This document shows positions 12,531 through 26,671 of a stretch of DNA of 64,000 bases, in pieces (the first letter of the stretch is position 1; every line of letters starts with the position of its first letter). Origin of the DNA: Lepidodermella squamata (taxonomy: Eukaryota; Animalia; Gastrotricha); NCBI GenBank assembly GCA_047495785.1, contig JBLDXI010000029.1, positions 1,550,001-1,614,000 of the forward strand, written 5' to 3'. Made by a program: the position numbers and the translations under genes. The notes under the pieces were generated by a model. It was not told where the DNA came from. It saw nothing but the letters and a program-made list of their open reading frames with translations, and made no database searches.

Positions 12531-15371
12531 TCATCTCTGCGACGAAGGAGCGGTGCTGTGGCCGTGTACGAAAGAATTCCATATTCTTTTCATCCGCGAC
12601 TGTATCTCGACAGAACTTCCATGGCTGTCAGCGCGAGAAGCCCGTATTTGGTAAACTTTCAACATCCGAGGCAAGAAAATCGTGCTGATAGGAATGGCAG
12701 AAAAAGCCAGAGAGTACCACGAGATGCTGGTCATCAACGCCGAAGGTTGTCTCCAGAAAATTCCTACTGTCGCGATTTCAGCAGCCGCCACTACCAAACA
12801 TCCGTACAAGCATATTTTCACATACTTTGTATCCGCAACCACTACGGGTTTCTATTCATAAAATAACAGTTTTTCAGCCATAGTTCGATATTGAAAGAAA
12901 TAAGAAATTTACCGTTCGAAGTACGAGAATCAGGAAGGATGACCTTAAAATAGCGATAGCATTGAAAACCAAAATGGTTGCTATCGAGCCCTGGGAAATT
13001 GAAGCGCTCAAATTCGCTACGCATGAGTAGTAAGCGATTTGATAAGCAACACTGGTGAATCTCGACGATGGAGGCAGGGGGTATTTCATTAATTCCGCAG
13101 TTATGGGTTGCATTCCAAACCAAACTGAAAGGAATGCCATAACAACGCAGCAGTAGCCTACGATGGCGTAAATGCCCCTTTTCATCAACTTTGAAGTTTG
13201 GTTACGGAAAAATACATTTGAAGAGCTAACAGATGCCATAGATAGCATGTAGCGATCAGCTAGGATAGCTGCGATTTCAAGCTTAATGTAGATCCCTCCG
13301 AATACAAGTGAAAAGCCAACGAAAAGTAGGATGTAAGAACACGTGCAACTCCATTCGATGCTGCCGCCTCTCCAAGTTGGAATGAAAAATGCGTGGCATT
13401 GAATAAGTAAGCATCCAATCAGAATTGCCAAATTAATTGCTGGTAGGATTCTAATGGAGCCGAAATAGCTTTTGCTAACAAGTTGAATGCGAAGTAGGCA
13501 TATAGTTGCAAAGACAAAGATAGAGCTGGTGGCTAGGAAATTAACCATTATTCGCGGTACTTCCTTAGTCTAACTAACAACGAACTTACCGTAGAGTGCC
13601 CCGCCAACGCCTGCATCGACTAGCGGCTGCAAGATGAGTATGATTTGGAGGCTGTCTGGTGGCGGATTGCCGTCGAAAGTGCTCCAGATAATCGTTCGAC
13701 TGGCGACGACTTTGTATCCCACCTCATTGTCCAGCTGGTAGGCCTGCACGGGTACCAAACCCCATCCACCATCGGGGTTCTGGCGCATTTGGGATATAGC
13801 AGTGAGAGAATACCCTGCGGACCATCCTTTTTCCTCCATGTCTGGATCCAGCGGGTAATCATTGATTAAACCGCGAAATCCAACATTATAAATGCTCTTC
13901 TCCATTATACGGACAAACTCGTCACCTGACTTCTTGAATTTCTCACCCCCAGTGACCCAGTCCGAAAGTGTCTGATTACCTAATGAAATACGATTGAATT
14001 CAATTTAGATTATGCACTCTGAATTTACGTTGATTGAGTAGGTTTTCCGTTTCATTAAGCCAAAAAGCAGTAAAAAGGATGTTCTCGTACATACGAAGTG
14101 GATTACTTATCGAGGTAGTGATGCGGGGCGGTTTTTCGATTCGATCTTCCATGATTAAATCGAAGTCACGAGCTGACATTCCTGTTATATCGGTCATGTT
14201 TCCACCTGCCAGTTCCGTGTTAGTGAAAGCCGTCAGGAAAAAGGTGTACCGCATCATTTCGATCTGTATGTCGATGGTACACCACTCTTTTGTCAATGGT
14301 GCGTTGGAGTAGTCACCAGGCGTAGCAACAGAATTGACAATAAAGACGTAATTAGGACCGTGAACACCGGCTTTGTAGAGTAGGCATAAATAGTCCATAG
14401 AGTAATCTCCAGGTATTATTATTATCCGCGCGTCATTCACAATTGCCTCTTCAATCGCTCTCTCCATTCTTCCAATGGGGTCTGGGTTTGGGACTGTTAG
14501 ATCAATGGCAGCATATCCTATGATATTCAGACCAAGACGGTTCATTTCGCTGAGGAGTCTTCGTTCAATCTTAAATCGAAAGAAAAAGAGGTGGAATAGA
14601 GAATCGAATAGAGGTGGAAATTGTTAGTTGTTTTGATACCAAAGGCTGTGTTTCCGCTATGATTTGGTTGATAAATGCCGCCTTTTGCCAGCCGTTTAGC
14701 TTCATGAAGTGGGCTACTGCCGCATGTCTTTCGACGAATGTTGTTCCAAAGGCGTAGAACGCTCGATTTAGAGCACGGTTGCTCATAACGTCAGCATTTG
14801 CGTAGCAAGCGGACTAGAAATAAGAGCGTGTATCAGACCTCGGACGCTATCTATTTGCTCACCCCAGAGTAATTGAAATGATGAAACATTGCTGGCTGAG
14901 TTTTACGCCATCCACTGTTGTAACCCGCAAAAACTGGCAAACGATCCTTTTTGCCCGGCTCCGATAGAATAGTCATCAATCGGACTATAGGACTGGAGAA
15001 ATACTACGGCAAAATATCGTCTGTTTCCGAAACAAAAAATAACTAACCAGCAGATTCTCAGCTTCATCATGAAGGTCCAGCACCAGCTCGTAATTGGGCA
15101 GGAGATTAGGCACCAAACGCACTCGCTCAAGTGCCAATTGCATTGCCATGGTACCAAGGGGACCCCGCGAGACCAACGGAGCGAAAATGTGCAGCGTCAT
15201 GTTGTAGAAGAGCGAAGCGACAATAGCTATTTTCGTACGCGGATGAGGACTGCTCACATTTGCCTCAATCCTTGATGGCATCTTGGTGTTCAACATTGAC
15301 AGTTTAGCTGCATGACTCGGGTAAGTAAGGATGGGCGAAATCAGGAGTATTACGTTAGCAACTTGAACCAT
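12531..15371 (-). CDS. GABA-B-like class C GPCR, group A copy 2 (7 exons)
   Basis: ORFs 14985-15371, 14571-14786, 14000-14545, 13570-13905, 12874-13548 and 12531-12842. Same intron positions as the other A copies. DTKYVKICLYGC and IFLPRM resemble the GABA-B ICL3/TM6 and TM7-end motifs. Confidence 0.87.
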
Positions 15372-16099
15372 TTTATTGCGTAAACTCGTGAAGCTTGCGT
15401 ATTGCGGATCAAAGTGTTTCGAAGGATAATATACTTTATCAATTTACGTAATGACATGGGTCCCAATTCATGCGCCACGCGGATGTCGGAATTACTTAAT
15501 AAGCCTCATGACTATGTCCGTAAATCACGAGATGCCTTATCGCTCAATCTTCGGTGTTTGTTTTATCGTATTACCCGAAATAAACGCCAGGTTAATAACA
15601 GTTGACAGACTCCATATTTGATTATGAGGCAGCTGTTCTGAACATTTAAAAAACAATGTGACCTCATAATTTGCCTTGCCTTCGCCTTCCTCAAAACCCG
15701 AAATGGTACTATATACCTTTAGTCGCCAGGATGAAATTATTTATTTGTGAGTATCAGCTCAACTATTCCCCATGTATATCTATAACCTCGTTTTCTTGCT
15801 GGCTATCAATCCCCTCGGCTATCCAGCAAAGAGAAATTAAGGCCGCCGATTTACAGAATGAGTGAAGTTGCTCCACCGCCTGCTCGCGTGCACGTAATTC
15901 AAAGCCACGTTTAATACTAATGAAATTACATCACGTTACATTTGCCGCAATAATCTTCTTAACCACACAACAGGTGCAATGTACTTCTAGTCAATGTGAG
16001 CATGCTATTATAAAGAACTTGAAGTGATTTCATATGCCTGTTTTAGAAAATTTCGAAGGTTTAGGCTCTCCTACAATTATGTGTTTTTGAATTAGAGAC

Positions 16100-19000
16100 A
16101 TGAAAATTTTATTTTTGCTCCATGGCGTTGCTTTTGTTACGCTAGCGCTCGTGGGGCAATCATTAGCAGGTTTGCTTTCAAAAATAATCATTACTACGTA
16201 ATGAGTGAACCATTCAGATGAACCGGTCCACCCTCCGGCTGAGTCGCCATTGGATTGCCATTTCGAGGATAACTTTTGCGGATGGGATCCAGCTGGAACT
16301 GGTTAATATTTTACCCTAAATATCCTCCTAGGTTCCCTTCCATTCCTTATAGATTCTTTTCAATGGCGAAGACGAGGATATCAAAATGACAGCTCTGATG
16401 AGCATTCAGCACCATCGGAAGGCTATATGAGCTGTAAGATTCAATTCAACACGCTTTTTAACTAAGAATAAGCCCTCAATTATTAGATAAGTATGCCTAT
16501 ATCGAGTCAACCCTTTGCAGCAAATCAGTGTGCCAAGCCGCTCTTGTTAGCCTGCCAATCGTGGTTCAAAACCAAAATCTCACTGTAGCTGAGAATTCAG
16601 ATTGGTGCTTCGAATTTTACTACTTTCTAGCGGAGAATAAATCGGCTATAAGGTTGGCTATTTCTCGCTGAATAATTATTTTATTTATATCATTTAGATA
16701 TGACATCGATGTTTTCGTCGACAAGCAGCCCGATCTCTCTCCCGATTCGAACGAACATTCCATTACCTTATCTGAAAACCCTGAATGGACCTTGAATGGC
16801 GCAGCGAGAGAAAACCCCAATGCACTGGCTTCATACGAATGGCGACATGCTAGTGTTAACTTGAAATTCATCACTGGGAAGCATCAGGTAGTCAATTACT
16901 AATGAAAAATCTCCTGTTCGACATATTGCGTGTCAAAATGTTCAGATCACTTTGTTGGCTCATGTTACGAAAGTTGGTGAAACCAAGATAAGTGACAGTG
17001 TTGTGATTGCCGTGGACAACACGAGGTTATACAAAGGCCAGTGTGTAGGTAGGTTGGGCTAATATCGAACTCCGACTGCTACTAATCAAATTTTATTTTC
17101 TGATAGATCTATTCGAACAGGACATTCTTACTAATCCTATTCCAATGACCGGTGATGCAACTGCGCAAGAGGTTAGCCTTGTTTATGTTGCATTGGGATC
17201 AGCTGGGCTTCTGTCCTCAGGTGTTCAACATTGCCGTGATGAGTGATGCGAATCTATGGTCCGGTGCTATCATACCTTACGTCATCAGTCAAGATTTCAG
17301 TAAGGCCCTGCCAAATAGCTATTCAAATTGACTATATTTATCCCGATCAGCGTATATGGAGGGTCAAACAGTTCGAAGATCTATGAAAGAATTCGAGAAA
17401 GAAACATGTATTCGTTTCAAGCCTCGTACCACTGAAATGGACTACTTGGACATCGTGAAAGAAAGCTGGTGCTATTCTTACGCTGGTCGCATCTCTCAAC
17501 CTGGCAAGCAAAAGCTAGCTCTTCATCCATCTTGCTTGAACTTTGGAACAGTGTTACATGAACTCAATGTAAGCTATCAAATAACAACACTTTTTAAATT
17601 CATTATCTCTAATTTTCACAGCATGCGGTTGGGTTTTATCAGTAAGTATTGAATTTTGCCCCTCATTTCGCAAAAATAACTTTTTTATATATCAGTGAGC
17701 ATAGCCGAGCTGATAGAGATGATTACATATCGATTGAGTGGGATAATATTGCTCCCGGATCATCAAACCAGTTTCAGAAGTACACGATGGACCAGGTCGA
17801 TCATTTAGGGCTGCCTTATGACTATGACAGCGTTATGCACTACTCTAGAACAGCTTATGCAAGACTCCCTGGTCTCACAACAATCCAGCCTAAATTACGA
17901 GGCGCCCAAATCGGTCAACGAGAGCGGTTATCTGAACTTGATGTTAAGAAAATCAACAAGAAATACCAGTGCCTTGACTTTGCAAGCCCAGATGATCGCC
18001 CGCTGACGAATTTAACCTGCAATTTTGAGTCAAACATGTGTGGTTGGACTCAGATGGAAGATGCTGATCCTCAATGGGTGGTTTTCGATCCAGCGACTGC
18101 GAATTTTGAGGCTCCTGTATCTGGTCGGTCAAACGGGGTCGCCGAGATCGGGAGGAAGTCTGCCACAGTCGATTTAACCGGAACTCAGAATACGGCTAGG
18201 CTCACCTCACCGCGAGCCTTTTCCTCTGGCTGCTTCAGTTTCGCCTATTTCTTCTCGAGAAATGGTCGAAAATCACTGAAAGTCATACTTATCGATAACT
18301 CAACTTCTGAATCGACCGTTTGGAAGGCGACAAGCGAAGGAGATGGCGGATCTACCCCAACATGGCTCAGAGGCCGACTACTGATTCCACTTTCAAGCTA
18401 CCGAATCGCCATTGAAGCGGAACCTATAGGCGGAACTGGTCGCGGAAGTATAGCTATTGCTAACTTGAACTTCACTCGGGGCCCGAATGATTGCGCTTTC
18501 ACGCCAGTTGAAGCTCGTAAGTCTAATTCGTCATTTCAAACTTCTCTAACATCCTATCATAGGTCCGATTATTGATGGAAGAGCAGCCCCTAGGTCTGCA
18601 TTTGAGCTGAATTGCACCTTTGAGAGAAGCAATTTCTGCGGATGGATTAACGTACGTCAAGTTGATGATTTCGACTGGACCTTGGGGAGCGGCAGGACTG
18701 CTACGCCATTCACTGGTCCTGAGTATGACCACACATTAGGAGGGTCTAATCCATGGGGTCTCTATGCCCTTGCCTCAGCTGTCAATAGATCATCCGGGAC
18801 AACTTCTAGACTTGTAAGCCCAGCTCTGACTGGTTACAGCAGTGTCTGCCTACGATTTTGGTACTTCATGCTTGGAGCAGACATGGGCGCCCTGAGGATC
18901 TACAGAAGAATTATCGGAGGAAGAACTCAGGGCGATGTATTGGCATGGGAAGTATCCGGGAATCAGGGCAACTCGTGGAAACTGGGGGATTTGAGAATTG

Positions 19001-19854
19001 TTACTAACCAGGATGACACTTTTCAACTTATCTTCGAAGCTGCGATTGGAAATGGGGCCAGGAGCGATATAGCCCTGGATGACATCAATGTTCTCCTGGA
19101 TATGCCATGCAACCGGCCGAGATCGTCTCCAGTAGATGACACAAGTAGACCTGTTGATGAAACCAGAGCCCCTACAAGATCTACAACCACTTTCCGAATC
19201 CCAACGAGGGCTAGTACTACAACCAAGGTGCAACCAACAAATCGTAATTTAAAATGATTTTACATTAATTCGTTAATTTGTTAAAGCTCTCTATCATCTT
19301 TAGAGCAACTCTTGTATTGCACTTTTGAGGCTGGCAATATTTGCAATTGGCTGCAGGATGGGACTCAAGACGATTCTGATTGGCTGGTGGAGCAAGCCAG
19401 CGTAATTTCCCATATATTCTCAACAGCCCCTTACACCGACCATACAACCGGCGTTAGCTCGGGTTACTTCATCTATTTAGACCCGAATAGCCCCCGTCAA
19501 CTGGGTGATCTAGCTCGGCTGAAGAGCGCACTTATTATCGATTTGCCGTTGAAAGGCTGCTTTCGCTTCTGGTACAATATGAATGGCCCAGAGATAGGAG
19601 AGCTTAAAATAGTAATGGACAGTGCTGCTGACGGATCGAGGCGACTTATCTGGAGGATAGCCGGAGACCAGGGAACAAACTGGAACCGAGCTCAGGTTCC
19701 GCTGGACCTAGAACCTAGTGGTGGCAAAGTTTATTTGGAGGGCGTAGTTGGGACGTCCGACTCTGCTCTCATCGCTATTGATGACATCAGCTTTTCAGCA
19801 GAAAGTTGCGATTACCTACCTGTTACGGCAGGAATGATATCTCCCGATGAATAA
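16100..19854 (+). CDS. Secreted astacin-family (M12A) metalloprotease with four MAM domains (SP-MAM-pro-astacin-MAM-MAM-linker-MAM)
   Basis: ATG 16100 MKILFLLHGVAFVTLALVGQSLA. CHFEDNFCGW (MAM start) near 16256. FEQDI propeptide motif near 17112. LWSGAIIPY. Spliced HELNHAVGFYHEHSRADRD zinc motif and SVMHY Met-turn. Three more MAM starts (CNFESNMCGW, CTFERSNFCGW, CTFEAGNICNW) with IAIAN/IALDDI/IAIDDI ends. Confidence 0.92.
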
Positions 19855-21222
19855 TAAAGCAGTTTCGGATTTTTTCACCGTCATTTTGCCTGTCAGCAAA
19901 ATAATACTGTAGGTAGGTAAGTCAAAGAGAAGGGCTACATTCTTACCGTATTTACAGCACTTCGAGTACCATGTGTCATGTTGTTATAAAATGAAACATA
20001 GGTTTTGAAACCCAATTCGAACTATCCTCATTTTAGTGGCATCAAACATCGAACTCGAAGTAATACGGTAATGCTAATTATTGACTGACGTCAGAGAGGT
20101 CGAAATTATTTATTTTCCAGAACATTTGAAATTATGTATGAAGTGAAAAAATAACACATGACGACATCGAAACCACCGCCACTCATAATTCAGGCGGCAA
20201 TGTCGTCTGAGAACGACTATCGCAGCAGCTTCGCTAATTTCAATGTGACAATTTATCCGCTTGCCCCTCGGACCTTTCGGGTACCTTTTGAGATGCAGCT
20301 TCTGTTGGAAAGAACGTATTTTGATTAGCCACAAAGTGCTTTCCCTTACGCTCGCAAATAAAAATTTACGTCATCGAGGTATCGGACATGAACGTAACAA
20401 GTCCAAGCTATTGTGTAAGTAGCTGCCATTATTCAAATTGAAAATTGAATTCTACTTCTCAAACTTCTTCGCCTTACGCGCTCCGTCTTCGTCTAAACTA
20501 ATCGAGGTGGATGATTCATTTTTTCACTCGGGTCTAGAAAAAACTGCCATCTATTAGCATTAACTCCGATAAATATATCCCGACGCTTTCGCCGTCATTT
20601 TCGAAGAACATCATGATCGCAGACTTTGTGCTAAGCATTGACGTCTTCCGAAGGCAATGGATCAGCTGCGGTCGAGGAGGTGTTTTGTTTGTGTCAGCCC
20701 TAATCCTGACATGATAGTTCACATTGGGCTTTTACAATCGAAAAAGCAACAGTCAACGATGCTCGACTAAAAACGATTGCGATCATTCTAAGGATTGCCC
20801 GCGTTGTCTTGCCAAAACAGGCAACTTTGGACGAAATCAGATGTTCATTATCGCCTATCCCAGTTGTTATTCGAACCCTTCAATTCAAACGCCTCAACCA
20901 AAGATTGGCGCACTCAGAGCATTGCAATCGATACATGTCCTTTCTTCCTTCTTGATTAAATGAAGCAAACAAGACCGACATGATGTCACCGAGCTTTCTA
21001 CTGGATATTTTTATTCTATTAAGCATCGAGATTCCCCCGCGTATCACTTCGACGAGACGCAACCCACTGCGCTAATACGACAGTATCCATTTTACTGCAT
21101 TCGGCTTAATGAAGCCAAGAGTGACTGTTCAATCAGCGTAATTTATCTGCTATTTCCTGTCGTCTCTGGAAAGAAAGAAGCTGAAAGGCTTAAGAGCTCA
21201 TTACCAGTATGACAGGGACACT

Positions 21223-21378
21223 CAGTGCGCGAATTACGGGGGGAATGAGGGGTATCGTTCACAAGGCCAAAGTGAAAAATCCCCCAAAAAACCACAGCTA
21301 TATTTTATGACCACCCTTTGGTCATACAATTTGAGGCCGAAGATACCCCCTAGCTCGAGGATCCCACTTCGCGCACTG
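21223..21378. mobile_element. hAT-like MITE (156 bp)
   Basis: TIRs cagtgcgcgaa / ttcgcgcactg. Flanks gggacact and gggacgct (8-bp TSD, 1 mismatch). Confidence 0.75.
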
Positions 21379-21556
21379 GGGACGCTGGCTCACAGAGGGG
21401 AGGTCTTTGACAGATGTGGGCAACAATAAGGCTATATATGCTAGACTTTGCCAGTTAGGTTAGCGATTTGAATTTGTACTTCATTAGATTTTAGATTAAA
21501 AATACAATTTCTTACTTTGCTATACCGCCTGCGTTGAGTGGAAAGCTATTTAAAAA

Positions 21557-24398
21557 ATGTTAAAATTAATCGGAGTTTGCGTGTGGCTCACCATCACCAT
21601 TCTCGTCACTGAGACAACAAAACTGTCGATGTTCAGTTCAAAGCTGCCGGCTAGACTGACAGCGCCTCTTGGTAATCGAACGTCACGTCCACGCAAGCAA
21701 ATAGCCATAGTTGCTTCACTTTTCTACAATATGACTGTGAATATCTATGCTCCGTTGGTGTCACGGGGTCCTCTCGGCTCCTTGGCGATGCAATTGGCTC
21801 TTGAACGCATTCAAATGATCCCAGATCTTCTGCCAAATTATGAACTTGTTCTTGATATGTATGACGAGGCTGAGAATAATCTGGTAGGTAATCTTTCTTC
21901 AAGTAAAATGAAGTGCGGAGGTGACCAAGTTTTTATATGTTCTAGTATTTCTACAATCCAACGGCCCGATTGATGTCGATACTGACCGAGTCAGGCAAAC
22001 CGGATCGGTTGCCTGTATTTACGGGTTACAACAGCGGCTGGCGTAAAACTCTGCCAGGAATGTTGCATCATTTCAACTACTCTGGGGTAAGCAAGTATAT
22101 TGCGTCCGAGGTCAGAATCAGAATCTTAATCTTATTTCCAGTCCGCCTGCTATGCGAATTCTGATATTATGAGCAATCGTGCTCTCTATCGAGCGTTCTA
22201 CGCCTTCGGAACAACGTTTGTCGATAGGCATGCAGCACTTGCCCACTTCATGAAGGAAAACGGGTGGCAAAAGGCGGCATTTATCAACCAAATCACAGCG
22301 GAAACAATGCACTTGGTATTACATCTACACGAATTCGTCTTCTCTAAAAATTGTAATTTCGATTCTAGATTGAACGAAGACTTCTAAGGGAAATGAATCG
22401 TCTTGGTCTGAATATCATAGGATATGCGGCCATCGATCTGACAGTTCCAAACCCCGACTCCATTGAAAGAATGGAGAGAGCGATCAAGGATGCAACTGTG
22501 AATGACGCTCGCATAATAATAATACCGGGAGATTATTCTATGGACTATTTGTGTCTACTGTACAAAGTTGGTTATTACGGTCCTAATTACGTCTTCATCG
22601 TCAATTCTGTTGCTACGCCTGGCGACTACTCCAACGCTGCATTGACAAAAGAATGGTGCACTCTCGAAATGCAGGTCGAAATGATGCGCTATGCTTTCTT
22701 CCTGACTGTTCTAACTAACACGGAACTGGCAGGTGGAAACATGACCGATATAACGGGAATGTCAGCGGGTGACTTTGATTCAATCATGGATGATCGAATC
22801 GAAAAACCGCCTCGCATCACTACCTCGATAAGCAATCCGCTTCGCATGTACGAGAACATCCTTTTCACAGCGTTTTGGCTTAATGAAACGGAGAAGCTAC
22901 TCAATCGACGTAAATTAACAGTAGACACATCCAAATTAATTTATTCACATTCGGTTGTAGGCAATCAGACTCTTTCGGACTGGGTCACTGGAGGTGACAA
23001 ATTCAGATCTTCAGGGGATGACTTTGTTCGTATAATGGAGGCGAGCGTTTATAATGTCGACTTTCGTGGTTTGATCAATGATTACCCGCTGGATCCAGAC
23101 ATGGAGGTGAAAGGATGGTCGACAGGGTATTCCTTGACAGCCATTTCCCAGATGCGTCAAAACTTGCTTGGCGAGTGGAGCTTAGTACTGGTGCAAGCTT
23201 ATCAGCTGGACAATGAGGTAGGCTACAAAGCTGTCGCGAACCGACCTGTTATCTGGAGCACATTTGACGGGGGCCCGCCTCCGGATAGCCTTCAAGTCAT
23301 TGTAGTTCTACAGCCTTTCATCACGCCAGGAATCGGCGGGGCGATCTATGGTAAGTTATTTTTTTTCCTACTTAACGAGCGTCAATTTAAATAAACTTGC
23401 AGCAACTGCGACAATTCTTGCAACAGCTAGCGCTATTTTGCTCGGCCTCCAGATGAAAAAACGATTCTTCAAATCAATCAAGACATTGCCTCTTATCAAT
23501 TCGATGATTCTGATTGGGTGTCTATTGATCCAGAGCCATGCGTTTTTCATTGCGACGTGGAAAGGCAAAAATATTACTTGGAGTTGTATGACCACTAACA
23601 TATTGCTGTTTCTCGGCTATTCACTAGTATTCGGCGCTATCTACGTCAAGCTCAAAATTTCTAATCTGCTAACTGCTCGATATATTCTATCCCTCCAATC
23701 TGCGACTTCGTCAAACATGTTTTTCCGGAAAGATGTCAGCGATCATATGCTGAGAGGGCTCATATATTTGGGGTCTCACATGTTCGTCGTAGCTCTAGTG
23801 ATAGCAGTCTGGCTTGGGTTGAGCCCGATTACTACGAAGCTGGTCGAGTCACCACTGCCACCGTCATCGAGATTCACGAGTTTCGCATTCCAATACATCT
23901 ACTACGCTTGTGACGCAAAATTGCATGAACTCGCCCCACAAGCTTGTATACTCTTCATCATAGGCCTGAATTTGTTCGTCATTTTGCGAAGCGTTTTCTT
24001 AGTTGTCGTCATCAGAACGGTATATCAGATTTGATTAACCTTTTCATTATATTTTCAAATTTCAAAAATTATAGAAAATAGCTGTCGTAGCAGATACGCG
24101 ATACGTTAAGGTGTGCCTGTATGGCTGTTTTGTGATTCTAGCGGCGGAAGCGGCATCAATAGCGATTTTCTGGGGCCAGCCGGCGCAGTTGAGTATCTGC
24201 ATCTCATTTTATTCTTTAGCATTCTCAATGGTTCCGATATTCACTATTTTCGTACCACGATTGATACAAAGTTTCATGTGGCGAATGGTGCAGTCGATGC
24301 GTAGTGATCCAACTGTTCCCTCTTCACGATTCAAACGGATGTGGCGATCGCTTTTGCCAAGCAGCACGGTATCAGCTGATGCTGAAGCCGCAGAATAA
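21557..24398 (+). CDS. GABA-B-like class C GPCR, group A copy 3 (7 exons)
   Basis: ORFs 21557-21973, 21970-22164, 22169-22387, 22393-23394, 23348-24034 and 24111-24398 joined by short introns. IFVPRL at the end of TM7. Confidence 0.88.
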
Positions 24399-25633
24399 CA
24401 TATGGTTTATCATTAACGAAAATTAATTGAGGGCATTTCGAGGGGCACAGCGTTGAAAGTCTATATACCTTAATAAGTGTACCCGGTCAAGGGTCCAAAG
24501 CCCAAGTTTTGAATTTGAAATTTGAAATGTTCCGGACTTCAACCCTTCAAACCATCTGTCAATGCGTGCCAATCAACAAAACAGCATCAGAGTGGCACGC
24601 GCTAGTAAAAACTTTGAATTTTTGGGAAAAAGCAGGCTGTTTGCAACTGAGCCGTCGAACGCAAGCTGATCATCCGTCGCCTTCCCCAAACGCGCAAGGG
24701 TATAAATGATAATGATAAATGTTGTTGATCATTTTGTTCTTCAACTGGTGGACGAAAATAAAACTGTCATTTTTTTCCGCTGAAGACCATTTCCGCTATA
24801 ACACGCTTCCACTATCAAGAGTTCCGCCAACTGACAGTTCCACTATGCACCTTTTCCGCCTTCAATTCTTTCCACCAAGGTGATTTTTCAGCTTGTCTTC
24901 ATTTCTTCGAACCATCATCGACTTTAGGACTGGACGAGGCCTTTAAAACCGCTCGACCAACGGCCTTGCATGCGGCTCTGTTTTGGGAACCTCTGTCATG
25001 CTTGGAAGATCCAGGATCGAAGATAGTTCCCCTCGTTGATTGTTACGCTTAAATTCGACTCACAAAGAACAACAAATATCCAGAAATATTTGAAAGCTGG
25101 GTAAAATTGGTATACTGAAATAACTGAAAACCTGTCGTTCTTATAAATCGTGAAATCATCAAGTGTCTCTGTTACGACTTACGACCCAAGTTCGAAAACG
25201 ACCACGTCGCGCTCTGGTCGACCGGGATGCGACGGGCCTACAATCTCTCTTATCAAATACCTTTGCCGGGCTTCTGCTCACATGTGTTGATCCAGGTAAG
25301 GTGGGTTCCAAATTGAGAACAATGGATGCACGCTCATTACCCATACTATACTCAACATCTTCTCATTACGCCAATCTTATTGGATGCACGGCGCATGGGG
25401 CTTGCAACGCCAGCAACGTCAGTGATGCTCGAAATATATACAGTTATTGCTGGCGACTGTTCAACGGAACGCCTGTGTCTCCTCGATAAGTTAGGTATAT
25501 TCAGGTATGGAAGACATTAAGCGTCGATAAACTCTGTCGCTTATCCCGATACTATTCGAACGCAATCTAAGACCAAGGATTAGCCTGCTCATTGCTCATA
25601 GCATCGTTTTTCTTCCGTTCCGACTAACAATGC

Positions 25634-25660
25634 ATTCTGATTCTGATTCTGATTCTGATT
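25634..25660. repeat. (ATTCTG)4 microsatellite
   Basis: attctgattctgattctgattctgatt read directly from the sequence. Confidence 0.9.
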
Positions 25661-26671
25661 TTATTATGCATTTTGTTTCACACAGTTAGCAATAGGTTAG
25701 TTCTCGGCGCCTCACCTCAGAGGTCGTAAAACTGCTGTCCACTAGTTCTGCATGACGGTGCATGACTGCATGACTCACGTCACGGGCTTTCTGCTGAAAA
25801 TTAGATGATTTTGTGACAGGACGCATCGAGGATCCCCGCCTTCGCTTCGATGATGAGCAATCGACTGCGCAAGTACGACAATCGATCAGATAGATGAAGC
25901 TTGCACGCCAATAGTTCAATGTTTAAGTTTTTAAGCTTTAAGATCAAGACAGTTTCCTATTTAACTGAGTTTGAATTAATTAAACTAAGCGACTGATCAA
26001 TCAGTGTAAGTGGTCTGCTCTTTCATTTTCTGAAGAAAAGAAGCTGGGAGACATATAAGGGAGTAGGTAAACCTGGGATGAGGCAGTAAAACAGCATGGC
26101 AGAAGCGAATGATCAAGTTCAAAACATAGTATTAAGGATTAAGAAATCTTGACGGATTGAGTTAGGTGTAGATTTCCATATATAGATATGGGCGAGCGTT
26201 AGATTAGGCAGTGGATGGTTTAACTCGCCAGTCTCTCATCATCATATTATTTTCCCTCCCATCTTTATGAGACTCCTATAGAATTCGAGATTTTTTCTGG
26301 GAAATTTGGTTACACGGGCTTTCTTGTTACATTGGCTATTACTAAAAACAAAATGGGGATGAATTTGAAAATTGGCCTAGATCTAGCCAAAATCTACAAG
26401 GTGCTCGCTGGACAATGATGACAATTTTTATTCATCATAATTCAAGCAAGCACAGGACTCAGGTAGTTCCTTCACACTAGCATTTCAGATCTGCATGATT
26501 AAGAAATATGATTCAATAACCGAAATTGATTTCTAACCCCCTGAACGCCAACTCGTTAGCTTTTTCAATAAAAAAATTTAAATTCACTTGATTAGAAATA
26601 CCGTTAGCACTTTTAGTATACACGTACTAATCTTACGTTCCCCCTGCATTGAGAGGACATGTTGTTTTAGC

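Noticed and set aside
20040-21100. Short ORFs in the gap after the astacin gene, and similarly at 24500-26500
   Set aside because: No recognisable motif or consistent exon chain; possibly decayed repeats.
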